From assembly GCA_963663805.2 (NCBI GenBank), contig CAXXMR010000011.1, positions 96,001-160,000 of the forward strand: a DNA stretch of 64,000 bases, given 5' to 3'. This stretch comes from Sedimentisphaerales bacterium (GTDB lineage: Bacteria; Planctomycetota; Phycisphaerae; Sedimentisphaerales; SM23-30). Position numbers and translations under genes: made by a program. The notes under the pieces were generated by a model, which saw nothing but the letters and a program-made list of their open reading frames with translations, was not told where the DNA came from and did no database searches. Shown piece by piece: positions 38,796 to 49,481 of the stretch; within the stretch, counting starts at the first letter, position 1; each line of letters opens with the position of its first letter.

Positions 38796-40322
38796 TTGAT
38801 GATGGCTGAAAAGATAACCGCTCAAAGCTCTGTCGAGCAGCTTCCCGATGATGTTGCCACTCTTAAAGAGATGGTTCTGACGCTGTTGGGTCAGATTGAT
38901 GATCTCAGCGGCCAGTTGTATTATCTCAAGCGGCAGTTGTTCGGCAAGAAAAGCGAAAAGCTCGATCCGGCTCAGCGTTTGTTGTTTGAAAATCTTTACG
39001 AGGAAGTTCAACAGAAGATTGAACAGCAGAAGCCCTCACGCGCCAAGGTTGTCAAAGGCCGTAAGAATGCTAATCATCAAGGCCGCAAGCCGCTGCCGGA
39101 AAATTTGCGCCGCGAAACTATCGACATTGAACCTGCCGAAGAAGAAAAAACCTGCCCGGTATGCCATAACGAAAAAGAACGTATCGGCGAGGAAGTAACC
39201 GAAAAGCTGGATTATGTGCCCGCATCTTTTTATGTTCAGCGTTATGTCAGAAGCAAATACGCCTGCAAGGTTTGCGAGAATAATATCTCGATTGGCGAAC
39301 TGCCGCCCATGGCGATCGACAAAGGCATTCCCGCTGAAGGTTTGCTGGCGTATATCATAACGAGCAAGTATGCGGACCACCAGCCGTTGAACCGTCTGGA
39401 AGGTATTATTAAGCGGCACGGCGTGGAAATCAACGTCTCAACCATGTGCGACTGGGTGGGCAGTTGCGCTGAACTGCTGGAGCCGCTGGTCAAACGTATG
39501 CGGGAGAAGATTCAGCAGTCGGAAATCATTTATACCGATGATACCTCCATCCCCATCAAGAGCAAAAACCGTAAAGGATCCACGTATAAGGGCTATTTGT
39601 GGGTTTATATCGATACTGATTATAATGTGGCGTTTGATTTTACGCCGACGCGTTCGCGCGAAGGTCCGCTAAATTTTATCGGCAGAGATTATCAGGGTTT
39701 TGTGCATGCAGATGCTTATAGCGGCTATGATGAACTGTTTCGGGCTACCGATGCCGTTGAGGTGGCTTGTAATGCGCATGCGCGGCGGAAGTTTGAATAC
39801 GCTTTAGACAGCGACCCGGTGCGGGCGGCACATTTTATGGTGCTCTGGGGTAAGCTTTATGAAATCGAGCGACGGGCAAAAGCGGAAAAATATTCGCCGG
39901 AGCAACTTTTGCAAGCCCGCCAGGAAGAAGCCCTGCCGATCTTTGCCGAAATCCGGGCGAAGCTGGATGAGTATCAGGGACAGGTTCTGCCTAAAAATAA
40001 TATGGGCAAAGCCGTCACCTACGCCCTGAACCAGTGGGATGCCCTGGTCCGCTATACCAGCGACCCACGGCTGAGCATCGATAATAATCTTTCGGAACGA
40101 ACGCTGAGAATGGTAGTCATTGGCCGAAAAAATTATATGTTCGCCGGCAGCGAAGCCGGAGCCGAACGCGCCGCCATAATCTACAGCCTGGTCGCCGGCT
40201 GCAAACTCCACAATCACGACCCATTCGCGTATTTCAATTATGTCCTCAGAAAAATCTCCACCACCGGCGCCAACCAAATCGACACCCTCCTGCCCGCCAA
40301 CTGGAAAACCCCGCAAAATTAA
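38796..40322 (+). CDS. tnpC: IS66 transposase TnpC
   Basis: FGKKSEK, CxxC zinc finger, C.AHARRKF, IDNN.SER.LR. Confidence 0.95.
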   Translation: MMMAEKITAQSSVEQLPDDVATLKEMVLTLLGQIDDLSGQLYYLKRQLFGKKSEKLDPAQRLLFENLYEEVQQKIEQQKPSRAKVVKGRKNANHQGRKPLPENLRRETIDIEPAEEEKTCPVCHNEKERIGEEVTEKLDYVPASFYVQRYVRSKYACKVCENNISIGELPPMAIDKGIPAEGLLAYIITSKYADHQPLNRLEGIIKRHGVEINVSTMCDWVGSCAELLEPLVKRMREKIQQSEIIYTDDTSIPIKSKNRKGSTYKGYLWVYIDTDYNVAFDFTPTRSREGPLNFIGRDYQGFVHADAYSGYDELFRATDAVEVACNAHARRKFEYALDSDPVRAAHFMVLWGKLYEIERRAKAEKYSPEQLLQARQEEALPIFAEIRAKLDEYQGQVLPKNNMGKAVTYALNQWDALVRYTSDPRLSIDNNLSERTLRMVVIGRKNYMFAGSEAGAERAAIIYSLVAGCKLHNHDPFAYFNYVLRKISTTGANQIDTLLPANWKTPQN

Positions 40323-40380
40323 CCCGCCCCAACCGCAATCCACCAATTGTCAGCCAAGGTGTACTTGGCCGGAAACTTAC

Positions 40381-40569
40381 GCTGAGAATGACTCCGCTCA
40401 CAAGAGGAAGTTCCTCACAGAGCAGTTGAGAGTTGTCAAAGGGCAGCAAAGGGACCGGCAAGGCACCTGAGTGAATCAGCCAGTCAAAATAGCGGCTATC
40501 GAGGCGGGCCTCCTCACGCGAATTATCGTGAACATGATAGTTCATGCTCACGCCGATGCGGACCCTCAT
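40381..40569 (-). pseudogene. 5' fragment of a peptidase C26 / PuuD-like glutamine amidotransferase gene cut by IS66
   Basis: RBS GGAGG; MRVRIGVS...SGALPVPLLP...VSGVILS stops exactly at the IS end. Confidence 0.7.
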
Positions 40570-40602
40570 GCACAACCTCCGTTATTTGGAATTAATTCTT
40601 CG

Positions 40603-43251
40603 TCAGGGTTTACTTACCTTGTCCGGCTGGGAAGTTACCACCGCGACGGTAATAGGCCCGGTCAGATACTTCGCGGCAACTGCCTGAATATCCGCCAGAG
40701 TAAGAGCCCCGATTCGTTGGGCTTGACTCTGGGAATAGTCATAACCAAAACCATAGATTTCGTCCAGAGCGGCAGAGGCGGCGGCGTCAGAGTTGGTCTG
40801 TTTGCCCAGAATTTCAGCGCCGATGCGCTTGCTCTTGGCACGAGCGACTTCTTCTGCCGTGAACTCGCCGCGAGCGGCTTTGTCGATTTGTTCGCGAATC
40901 GCGGCGATAACCTCATCAACTTTTTCCGCTTCGCACTGAGCTGTTGCTCCGACAAACCCTTCAGTAAGAGGCGAGAAGCTGAACAACCAGGCGTAATAGA
41001 CCAGTTGTCTGCCGCGTAAAGTCTCGTGAAGCCAGCCGGTGTTGCTGCCCACGATTTGCGACATCACTTCCATAGCGTCCTGGTCTTTATCGTTGAGAGT
41101 CATGCCGGGATAACCCACAAAAACAACTGCGCCGGGCTTGGGAGTTTCTTTTATGAAGAAGCGGTCCTCAGTTTGTTTCGGTTCAGCGGCAAATTTGGTC
41201 AGATCGATACTTTTGCCTTGGGGCAATGCCGAAAATTTCTCACGCAGCATATTTTCGGTCGCGTCCACATCGATATCGCCAAAGACCGCTAATATGCCAC
41301 GTTCAGCGGTCACATTAGCGTTATAGAATTCGACTACCTGCTCACGGGTAAGCGAGCTCATGGAATCAATAGTTCCTGTACGCACCCGTTTGTATGGGCT
41401 GTTGACAAAGAATTGATTACGGAAATATATCTGCCCCAGCGATTGCCAGGAATTATCCGCCTGTTCAATATAAGCCAGTATCTGGGGACGCAGCTTGTCG
41501 AGTTCTTCTTGCGGGAATGTCGGCTTGAGCACGACTTCAGCAAAAATATCCAGTGAATCCGCGAAATCCTCGCTCAAAGTTTCCATAGCATAATAAAAAG
41601 TGTTATTGCCGGAAGACGCGCCAATATCGCCGCCAATACCATCGAAATAATTTGCGATTTCTTCGTTGGTATAGCTCTCAGTGCCTTTCACCGAAAGGCT
41701 GGCCATGAGTGCGGTCAGGCCGTTATTCTGGTCGTTCTCATCAATAAGCCCGCCCAGAAAATATAACCGGCAATTCACCAGAGGGGCCGCCGGGTTGCGC
41801 TTGAGCAGAATCGTCAGGCCGTTATCGAGCGTGACCTTGCGAATGTCTGATTGCTCAGTATCTTCATCCTGCTTCTCGCCGCTTTTAGCAAGCGGGACAG
41901 GTGTCATAATAAGAGTCAGTTCTTTTTGGGCCAGCAGGTAACGCTTGGCAATTTCCTTCACTTGCTCAGCTGTTACCGACTGCATGTTTCCGACATAATG
42001 GTCCGAGAAATGAGCCTCGCCGGTCGAAATATAATCTTCACCCATCCGGCCTGCTTGTGCCTCGGCCGTCTGGTTGGAGCGGATATGCCAGACCTTGAGC
42101 TGAGTTTTGGCGCGGTCGAGTTCTTCTTCGGTTACGCCTTCATTTTTGATGCGTTCCAGTTCCACCCAGACTGCCTCCTGAACGGCGTCGATATTGTCCG
42201 GTTTGACCACACAGTTAATAGTGAATGTGCCACTGGCGTAGGCAGGAGTATAGCTTGAGGTAGAAACCCCCAGTACCAGCTGGAGCTCATCACGCAAGCG
42301 ACGGTAGAGCCGGCAGCTTTTGCCTTCGCCAAGTATATTGGCCAGAGTATCCAGGGCGTACAAATCTTCATGTTGCAGAGTGATAGTTGGGAAGCCTATG
42401 ACTAGCCGGGCCGGGCCTTTAAGCTCAGGCATCACCTTAACAATTTTACGTGGAGCGGATACATCCGGCTCCTGAGGGAGAACGATATTGATTTTGGCAC
42501 GACGTTGAAAATCCGCATATTCCTTTTTGACTACCTGAAGCATCTCCTCAGCGTCAAAATCGCCCACTACCGACACCACGGTATTATCAGGTATATACAT
42601 TCGGTTGTAATAGTCCAGAATATCTTCCCGACTGAGTTCCTGAACAATAACCTGATGGCCAATAACCGGATACTTCGCCGGATGAACAACGTACCGAAGC
42701 TCGTCCAGCAGTTTCCATTGTACCCGACCTGGATCTGAAGAGCCCATTTCCAGTTCTCGCTGAACAACTCCCCATTCCCGATCAAAAGCGTCTTGAGGAA
42801 AAGTAGGGCGGGTAACCCAGTCGGCAATCAGATTAACCGCGGTAATAGCATGTTCAGCCGGAACCGTCAGATAATAGCAGGTCCGCGCTTTACTGGTATT
42901 GGCATTATATTGAGCACCGATTTCTTCGATAAGTTGACGGGATTCATCTTCGGTACGATTCTCCGTTGCGCCGCAGGCCAGAAGGTGCTCAAACAAATGG
43001 CTCAGACCCGCCCCCAGATGGTCAACTTCATATATGCTGCCCGCCCGGACATACATCCGAACCGCCGCGACCGGAGCGGTATGATGTTCTTTGATTATTG
43101 CGACCATTCCGTTTTCCAGAATTGTCACGATTTCACCAGGTTTATCGACTAAGCGGATTTCCTCGACTGTCCAAGGAGCGTCACTTTGAGCGTGACAAAC
43201 GGTAAACAGGGCAAATGAACAGACACACAGGACAAAAAACAACTTTTTCAT
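40603..43251 (-). CDS. M16 (pitrilysin-family) zinc protease, two-lobed, secreted
   Basis: HLFEH (HxxEH), NANTS, second inactive M16 half. Confidence 0.92.
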   Translation of the reverse strand: MKKLFFVLCVCSFALFTVCHAQSDAPWTVEEIRLVDKPGEIVTILENGMVAIIKEHHTAPVAAVRMYVRAGSIYEVDHLGAGLSHLFEHLLACGATENRTEDESRQLIEEIGAQYNANTSKARTCYYLTVPAEHAITAVNLIADWVTRPTFPQDAFDREWGVVQRELEMGSSDPGRVQWKLLDELRYVVHPAKYPVIGHQVIVQELSREDILDYYNRMYIPDNTVVSVVGDFDAEEMLQVVKKEYADFQRRAKINIVLPQEPDVSAPRKIVKVMPELKGPARLVIGFPTITLQHEDLYALDTLANILGEGKSCRLYRRLRDELQLVLGVSTSSYTPAYASGTFTINCVVKPDNIDAVQEAVWVELERIKNEGVTEEELDRAKTQLKVWHIRSNQTAEAQAGRMGEDYISTGEAHFSDHYVGNMQSVTAEQVKEIAKRYLLAQKELTLIMTPVPLAKSGEKQDEDTEQSDIRKVTLDNGLTILLKRNPAAPLVNCRLYFLGGLIDENDQNNGLTALMASLSVKGTESYTNEEIANYFDGIGGDIGASSGNNTFYYAMETLSEDFADSLDIFAEVVLKPTFPQEELDKLRPQILAYIEQADNSWQSLGQIYFRNQFFVNSPYKRVRTGTIDSMSSLTREQVVEFYNANVTAERGILAVFGDIDVDATENMLREKFSALPQGKSIDLTKFAAEPKQTEDRFFIKETPKPGAVVFVGYPGMTLNDKDQDAMEVMSQIVGSNTGWLHETLRGRQLVYYAWLFSFSPLTEGFVGATAQCEAEKVDEVIAAIREQIDKAARGEFTAEEVARAKSKRIGAEILGKQTNSDAAASAALDEIYGFGYDYSQSQAQRIGALTLADIQAVAAKYLTGPITVAVVTSQPDKVSKP

Positions 43252-43390
43252 TGCATTACCTTTTTTAGTTATTGGTACTGTAATTATAACTACCTTTTCC
43301 AGCTACACTAAACAGCCTACGGTCTTAGACGCAAGACTCTCTGTATCTAGTTTATCCGCCTGGGAGTATAGGCCCCCGCTTGGCTCAAGG

Positions 43391-43903
43391 TCAAGCCTGA
43401 GAGGTGTTTTTGCTTTGTTCATGCTCGGCTCCTTCAACTTCGGCCAGATAACTCAAAGTACGCTCCAGTTGACTTTTCAGGTGCCTGACACGCAAAAGAC
43501 TTTTTACACGGGTGAGAAGCTCAAGTTTGTTGACCGGCTTACTCAAAAAATCATCGGCACCGCAATCGACCGCCCGCTCCATATCGCCGGTCTCGTTCAG
43601 GGCGGTCACCATAATAATTGGAATATCACGGGTTTGGGCTCCATTTTTCAGGCGGCGGCAAACCTCAAAACCGCTCATCCGCGGCATCATCACATCCAGC
43701 AGAATAATGTCCGGCGGCTCAGTATTGACCATATCGAGCGCTTCAACGCCGTCCCGGGCAATGCGGGTTTGGCAATCAAGTCCCTCCAGGTAAGCCTGAA
43801 GCAGTTCGGCATTCTGGTCATTATCATCGACAATCAGAATGTCGCTGACGGTTATTTTCACCTTATCATTTTCGGTCATCATAGGTTGTATCTCCGTATG
43901 CAA
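43391..43903 (-). CDS. Receiver-domain response regulator with no output domain
   Basis: IVDD, LDVMMP, TA, KP. Confidence 0.9.
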   Translation of the reverse strand: MHTEIQPMMTENDKVKITVSDILIVDDNDQNAELLQAYLEGLDCQTRIARDGVEALDMVNTEPPDIILLDVMMPRMSGFEVCRRLKNGAQTRDIPIIMVTALNETGDMERAVDCGADDFLSKPVNKLELLTRVKSLLRVRHLKSQLERTLSYLAEVEGAEHEQSKNTSQA

Positions 43904-44090
43904 TCATGGTTCAGCCTGACAATACCCTCTGCGGGCATAACCCGGCCCAAACCTGCATTGTAACCGAGCGATAAAATTTAGTCCAGAACTCGCTGTTTTG
44001 GGCCTAAAAACCAATAAAACCCGTTGTTTACGCAAAATGGCAACATTTTGCAAAACTCCTGTTTAGAATTTGGTGCTTAGAATTTCCAGC

Positions 44091-44363
44091 TTATCTGGTG
44101 GGCCCAGAATCGCCGTGCTTTTCAATGATTTCCCTGATTTCAGGTCTGACATAAATCTCTTCTATTTCCGGTACATTCGACAATGCTTGAGCAATCATGT
44201 TAATTTGTTCGATTAATTCATCGTCTATATCAATAAAAATGACATTATGCCCCTTTAAGCGGCAAAAACCGCCCCCCGAACCTGCCAAAGGCACTTGACG
44301 CAGCTCAAAACCCACTTGCTTTGCCAGGTCTTTAAGCTCTTCGAAAAGCTCTTTCTTATCCAT
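44091..44363 (-). CDS. Hypothetical protein
   Basis: GGGFCRLKG..VIFID and IYVRPEIR resemble a conserved small protein family. Confidence 0.7.
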   Translation of the reverse strand: MDKKELFEELKDLAKQVGFELRQVPLAGSGGGFCRLKGHNVIFIDIDDELIEQINMIAQALSNVPEIEEIYVRPEIREIIEKHGDSGPTR

Positions 44364-44496
44364 ATCTCAAGCCATTGCCAGGGGGTTTCCGATAACCTTA
44401 TTAGTGTTGCGGTGTGGCCTGCTGGGCTGTGGGCCTACCGCTGACAGGTGATATTATAGTACTTTTGGAAGTTATTTGCCAGCGTGGGAGGTTATC

Positions 44497-45288
44497 GTGC
44501 CCAGCTTGCTAGGTCAACGAGAGAATCTGTATTTGCAGCTGGAGAGAAGTCGCAAGCAGATTGAGGAACTCCAGCAGCAGATTCACCATACTCAGAAACT
44601 GGCGGCTTTGGGCACGATGTCCTGTATTGCCGCCCACGAATTCAATAATATCCTCGCCCCCATGATAAACTATGCCGAACTGGCCTTGAAGCATCCCGAC
44701 GATATTGGGCTGATGAGAAAAGCCCTGGTCAAGACCATCGAACAGGGACGTCGTGCCGCCCTGATTATAGAAAGCATGATGGGATTGGTACGGGGTGAGT
44801 CGGACGAAATCCAGTGGGTTGAATTGAAACAACTGGTAGATGAATGTTTTCAGGCCTTGGCCAGGGATTTCAGCAAGGACAACATCACAGTTAAGCTGGA
44901 TATGCCGGAGGGCTTTCGGATTTTTGCGGTGGGACCCCAGATTCAGCAAGTGCTGTTGAACCTGATACTTAATTCTCGCCACGCGATGTCCCAAACCAGC
45001 GGTGGTACGCTCACAATCAGTGCCCAACCCGGCAGCGGCGATAGATGCGTGATTAAGGTCAGCGATACCGGCTGCGGCATGAAGCCGGAAGTAGTTGAGC
45101 GTATCTTTGAACCGTTTTTCTCGACCCGCAGTAAATCTGACCATCCCGAAGCCAAAGGCACGGGACTGGGCCTGGTGGTCTGTCGCGAGATTATCGAGCT
45201 TCACGCCGGAACAATAGAGGTTGAAAGTCAGCCCAATCGCGGTACGACCTTCACGATTACTTTGCCCAACCGGAGTGAGCCAGAATGA
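44497..45288 (+). CDS. Histidine kinase (HisKA + HATPase), no sensor domain
   Basis: AHEFNN, NLILNS, DTGCG, FEPFFST, GTGLGL; RBS GGAGG before GTG. Confidence 0.9.
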   Translation: MPSLLGQRENLYLQLERSRKQIEELQQQIHHTQKLAALGTMSCIAAHEFNNILAPMINYAELALKHPDDIGLMRKALVKTIEQGRRAALIIESMMGLVRGESDEIQWVELKQLVDECFQALARDFSKDNITVKLDMPEGFRIFAVGPQIQQVLLNLILNSRHAMSQTSGGTLTISAQPGSGDRCVIKVSDTGCGMKPEVVERIFEPFFSTRSKSDHPEAKGTGLGLVVCREIIELHAGTIEVESQPNRGTTFTITLPNRSEPE

Positions 45289-46148
45289 GGCACGCACTGT
45301 CATTGCTCTTTGTATCGTCGGTATTGCTGTTAAACCCCGGATTGCTCTATGCTGTCGGTCAGGACGAACCAGAAGAAGAAACCGAGCCTGTTGACTTACT
45401 GGCACACCTGAACGAAGAACAAAGAATATTCGCCGTGTTCGATTTTTCCGACCCGAATTTTCTATGGCAGGATTTTCTCGACGCAATGGAACCCGACCCC
45501 GAGGCCGAACCACTGCCGCCCTGGCAGGAACACAAGAAGTATTATCATAAGCATCACCATCCGCAGGTAACTCCTGAAATTTACCAACTGTTGTGCTATC
45601 CATATTACCCCGGAGGTCTTGATTATGTTAAAGGGGTAGAGCTCGACTCTGCCTTGCCCGAAATTGTCAAGGGGGACAGTGGCTCCAGGGCCAAGATTAT
45701 CCAGGGACTGGAAACCTGTGTGGATATGATTCACAGATGGCGCAGTCTTAACGAAGAGCCGGCGGTTGCTGTCGAAGTTGTCCGAGCGGTGGAGCTGACT
45801 CGTATTAGTACAAATATTTATACTACGTATCCCAAACTAGCCATTGCGGTAAGGCGGACGCTGGGGCAGTTAGGCCGAACCAACCGAAACTTCGACCAAG
45901 CCTCGCGAATAGCCCTGCAGATGCTGCTTAAAGGACATTATGATAAAACGGTATTAGCCCGAAACGAAAAAATTTTCTCCGATTTCCAAACCCTGCTCGA
46001 CCTGCTGGCAGACCAGAATGACCAGATAACCATCGCTCTGGGAATCGGCCCGACAGACCGCAAAAAGAAACTTTCTCCCCTCTACGAAAAAATAGACTAT
46101 TCCAATCTGCCTTCACCAATTGATAAGCCGTTGGAAAATATAAATTAG
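45285..46148 (+). CDS. Exported hypothetical protein
   Basis: Signal-peptide-like N-terminus; 4-bp overlap with the kinase. Confidence 0.7.
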   Translation: MRHALSLLFVSSVLLLNPGLLYAVGQDEPEEETEPVDLLAHLNEEQRIFAVFDFSDPNFLWQDFLDAMEPDPEAEPLPPWQEHKKYYHKHHHPQVTPEIYQLLCYPYYPGGLDYVKGVELDSALPEIVKGDSGSRAKIIQGLETCVDMIHRWRSLNEEPAVAVEVVRAVELTRISTNIYTTYPKLAIAVRRTLGQLGRTNRNFDQASRIALQMLLKGHYDKTVLARNEKIFSDFQTLLDLLADQNDQITIALGIGPTDRKKKLSPLYEKIDYSNLPSPIDKPLENIN

Positions 46149-46257
46149 ATTACTTGTAACTGTTCACGCCTTTGGCCACTGGACAAAAATATTACTCTCT
46201 TTTAGCAGCCCCGAAGGGCTGGCTTCTGGTTTTGAAATTGATAAGGAAGGATTTATT

Positions 46258-49200
46258 GTGGAAAACGAAAAGTCCAGCAATGCTTGCTCGTGCAGCGGGG
46301 GATGCGGTCCGGCCCCCAAGGGCGGATTGACCCGACGTGAATTTGTCAAGTTTACCGCATTTGGTGCCGCGGCTATTTCCGGATTAGACGCACTGCCGCT
46401 GATGGCAGGTCCGTTCAATGATAATGACTACCTGAAAATTATCATGGAAGACAAAAAACTCAGTCCCGAGTGGGTAAACTCACTCTTCATCCGCGGTCAA
46501 AAACAAACCTATAGCGACCGTAAGGCACTGGATCATATCGGAATGCCGGTCGGCGGGCTTTTTGCCGGCACGGTCTATCTCAGTGGTGATGGCCGCCTCT
46601 GGCTTTGGGATATATTCAATCGGGATCAGGAAGGCATCCTGCCTATAAAGATTACCTACAAAGGCAATCAATTCCGCTCGCGGGATGGCGCACGGTATAT
46701 TGAGCCGGCAACGGTAACCGTTCCTTTTGAACAGGAATTTGGCGTGTGGGTCAATGTGGATGGTGTAAAGCAGAATATTCCGTTCAATGCCGATGGCTTT
46801 GAGAACGTTTCTTTCAACGGCCGGTACCCGCTGGGGCAGGTGGATTACCAAAGTCCTCGCCTGCCGCTCAAGGCAACGCTGAAAGCGTATTCGCCGTTTA
46901 TCCCCCTCGATCTTGACGATTCATCGCTGCCGACAACTCTGATGCACTACACGATTACCAATACCTCTGACAAAACAATTGAGGTCGATCTCTACGGGAA
47001 ACTTCAGAACCCGGTCTGCATGGAAACTCGAAGCCAAACCAGCGGTCGTCTGGTAAATACGGTAGTAAGGAAAAAGGGTTTTTCCGCTGTTTACTGTTTT
47101 GCCGAGCCGGGGAAAGAGACTGCCGAAAAACTGCGTCATGATATCGTCTTTGAGGATTTTGAAAAAGGAACTTATGAAGATTGGACCGTCGAAGGCGAGG
47201 CGTTTGGAGACGGCCCCATCAAGATTAAAGACATGCCAGGCTATCTGGGCGATGTTGGCGGAAAAGGCGAATGGCTTGTCAATACCCATGCCTCGGCGAC
47301 TGGTAAAGATATTCGCGCCAAAGACAACGCCATCGGCACGCTGACCAGCCGAGCCTTTATCATTGAGCGAAACTACATCACGTTTCTCATTGGTGGTGGT
47401 TGCCACACGGGAGAAACGGGTATGAACTTGATGATTGAAGGTGAAATCGTGGCCTCCGCCACCGGAACGGACAAGCACCGGATGTCTCCGGTAAACTTTG
47501 ACGTTAGAGCGTGGCAGGGCAAATCCGCACAACTGCAAATTGTTGACGCCGCCGCCAGCAGCTGGGGCAATATTGGTTTGGACCAGATTGTGTTTACCGA
47601 CCAAAAGGTCGAAAGCGAAAAACTTGACGAACAGCGTGATTTCGGCAGCATGTCGCTGGCTCTGTTCGGTGCTCGTTCTGATGATTATGCCTTTGCCGCG
47701 GAGGGCATGGACGCTAAACGCGCCACCGGCAAACTGGAAGATAAACTTGTCGGGATGATTGGCACAACACTAAAACTCGAACCCGGCGAATCCCGGACAG
47801 TCAGCTTTGCCGTCACCTGGAATTTTCCGAATTTCTATGGCCGCGGGGTGGGCGGTCAACTCGTGGGCCACTATTACGCCGCACGATTCAAAACCGCATT
47901 GGACGTTGCGGAATATATCGCGGATAATTTTGAAAAACTCGTAGCCCAGACCGAAAAATGGGTTGCTACCTGGTACGACTCTACACTTCCATATTGGCTG
48001 CTTGACCGAACGATGGCTAATACCTCGACTCTGGCAACCACAACCTGTTATCGTTTTAAGAGTGGGCGTTTCTGGGCCTGGGAGGGCATCGGTTCCTGTC
48101 CGGGAACTTGTACGCACGTTTGGCATTATGCGCAGGCTCCAGGCCGAATTTTTCCTGAGATTGAGCGTATTGAACGTGAGTTGGTCAATTTTGGTCTTGG
48201 CCAGCATGATGACGGCGGGATTGGGATGCGAACCAGCCTGAACGGAGCAAATGAGACAGCTCATGATGGCCATTGCGGTCGGATTCTGGGTGCCTATCGT
48301 GAACATCAGATGTCGGTTGATGACGCTTTCCTGCGGCGGATATGGCCCAGAGTCAAGAAAGCCCTTGTCTTTCTTATCCGCAAAGACGGCAACAAAGATG
48401 GCCTGATCGAAGGTGCCCAGCCTAATACCCTCGATGCGGCGTGGTTCGGCAAAATCTCGTTTTTGCAGTCACTCTATATCGCCGCTTTAAAGGCAGGCCA
48501 GGCGATGGCCATCGAAATGGGCGATCAGCCCTTTGCCGCCGAATGTGATAAAATCGCCCAACGCGGCGCCGAAACCATTGAAGAGCTTTACGACGGCGAA
48601 TATTTTGTTCAAATCGAAGACCCCGCCCATAAAAACGAAATCGGTGTCGGCCCCGGCTGCTATATCGATCAGGTCATTGGCCAGAGCTGGGCGCATCAGG
48701 TGGCCCTGGGGCACATTTTCGACAAGGAAAAACAGTTAAAGGCGCTTAGGTCGCTGTGGCGATATAACTTCGTTCCCGACATCGGAGTTTTTCGAGATGT
48801 CTTCAAATCAGGCCGGTGGTATGCCATGGCCGGTGACGCGGGCTTGGTGATGTGTACCTGGCCCAAGGGTGGCCAAAACCCGAATTTCCAAAAACACTGG
48901 CAGTACGGTTACTTCAACGAGTGTATGAGCGGCTTTGAATGGCAGGTCGCCTCACATATGATTTACGAAGGGATGCTCAAAGAAGGGCTGGCCATCGCCC
49001 GGGCGATTCATGACCGATACGATGCGTCATTACGTAATCCCTATAATGAAATCGAATGTTCGGACCATTACTCCCGGGCTATGGCCAGTTACGGGGCGTT
49101 TATTTCGATTTGCGGATTTGAGCATCACGGCCCAAAGGGGCAGGTTGCCTTTTCGCCGCGGCTGATGCCGGAAGATTTCAAAGCGCCCTTTATCACCGCC

Positions 49201-49461
49201 CAGGGCTGGGGAACATTTGTTCAAAAGCGTCAGGGCAATACGCAGACCGAACAGGTTCAATTAAATTGGGGACAATTAACGCTTAAAGAATTGGCCTTTG
49301 ACCTGCCGGCTGGAAAGACTGCGAAAAAAGTCCAGATAAAGGCAAACGGAAAGAAACTTGAGAATTCATATAGTATGGCCGATGATCGTGTCCTTATTTC
49401 GCTGGATAAGTCTGTTGAAATCCAGACCGGCCAAAAAATGGAAATCGAAATTAAATGCTGA
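46258..49461 (+). CDS. GH116-family glycoside hydrolase (Tat signal) with inserted beta-module
   Basis: TRREFVK; GMPVGGLFAG; WEG...C.GTCTHVW; NPYNEIEC..HY.RAM. Confidence 0.8.
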   Translation: MENEKSSNACSCSGGCGPAPKGGLTRREFVKFTAFGAAAISGLDALPLMAGPFNDNDYLKIIMEDKKLSPEWVNSLFIRGQKQTYSDRKALDHIGMPVGGLFAGTVYLSGDGRLWLWDIFNRDQEGILPIKITYKGNQFRSRDGARYIEPATVTVPFEQEFGVWVNVDGVKQNIPFNADGFENVSFNGRYPLGQVDYQSPRLPLKATLKAYSPFIPLDLDDSSLPTTLMHYTITNTSDKTIEVDLYGKLQNPVCMETRSQTSGRLVNTVVRKKGFSAVYCFAEPGKETAEKLRHDIVFEDFEKGTYEDWTVEGEAFGDGPIKIKDMPGYLGDVGGKGEWLVNTHASATGKDIRAKDNAIGTLTSRAFIIERNYITFLIGGGCHTGETGMNLMIEGEIVASATGTDKHRMSPVNFDVRAWQGKSAQLQIVDAAASSWGNIGLDQIVFTDQKVESEKLDEQRDFGSMSLALFGARSDDYAFAAEGMDAKRATGKLEDKLVGMIGTTLKLEPGESRTVSFAVTWNFPNFYGRGVGGQLVGHYYAARFKTALDVAEYIADNFEKLVAQTEKWVATWYDSTLPYWLLDRTMANTSTLATTTCYRFKSGRFWAWEGIGSCPGTCTHVWHYAQAPGRIFPEIERIERELVNFGLGQHDDGGIGMRTSLNGANETAHDGHCGRILGAYREHQMSVDDAFLRRIWPRVKKALVFLIRKDGNKDGLIEGAQPNTLDAAWFGKISFLQSLYIAALKAGQAMAIEMGDQPFAAECDKIAQRGAETIEELYDGEYFVQIEDPAHKNEIGVGPGCYIDQVIGQSWAHQVALGHIFDKEKQLKALRSLWRYNFVPDIGVFRDVFKSGRWYAMAGDAGLVMCTWPKGGQNPNFQKHWQYGYFNECMSGFEWQVASHMIYEGMLKEGLAIARAIHDRYDASLRNPYNEIECSDHYSRAMASYGAFISICGFEHHGPKGQVAFSPRLMPEDFKAPFITAQGWGTFVQKRQGNTQTEQVQLNWGQLTLKELAFDLPAGKTAKKVQIKANGKKLENSYSMADDRVLISLDKSVEIQTGQKMEIEIKC

Positions 49462-49481
49462 GATTCAAGGAGAGAATAATC

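Larger units (their letters stand above)
35262..40380 (+). mobile_element. IS66-family element (tnpA-tnpB-tnpC)
   Basis: TIRs GTAAGGTTCCGGCCAAGTGCATCTTG / GTAAGTTTCCGGCCAAGTACACCTTG (23/26); no flanking direct repeat. Confidence 0.95.

Noticed and set aside
40471..41019. 182-aa + strand ORF
   Set aside because: Antisense to the M16 protease and the C26 fragment
44509..45603. 364-aa minus-strand ORF
   Set aside because: Antisense to a clear histidine kinase and the next gene; no recognisable motifs
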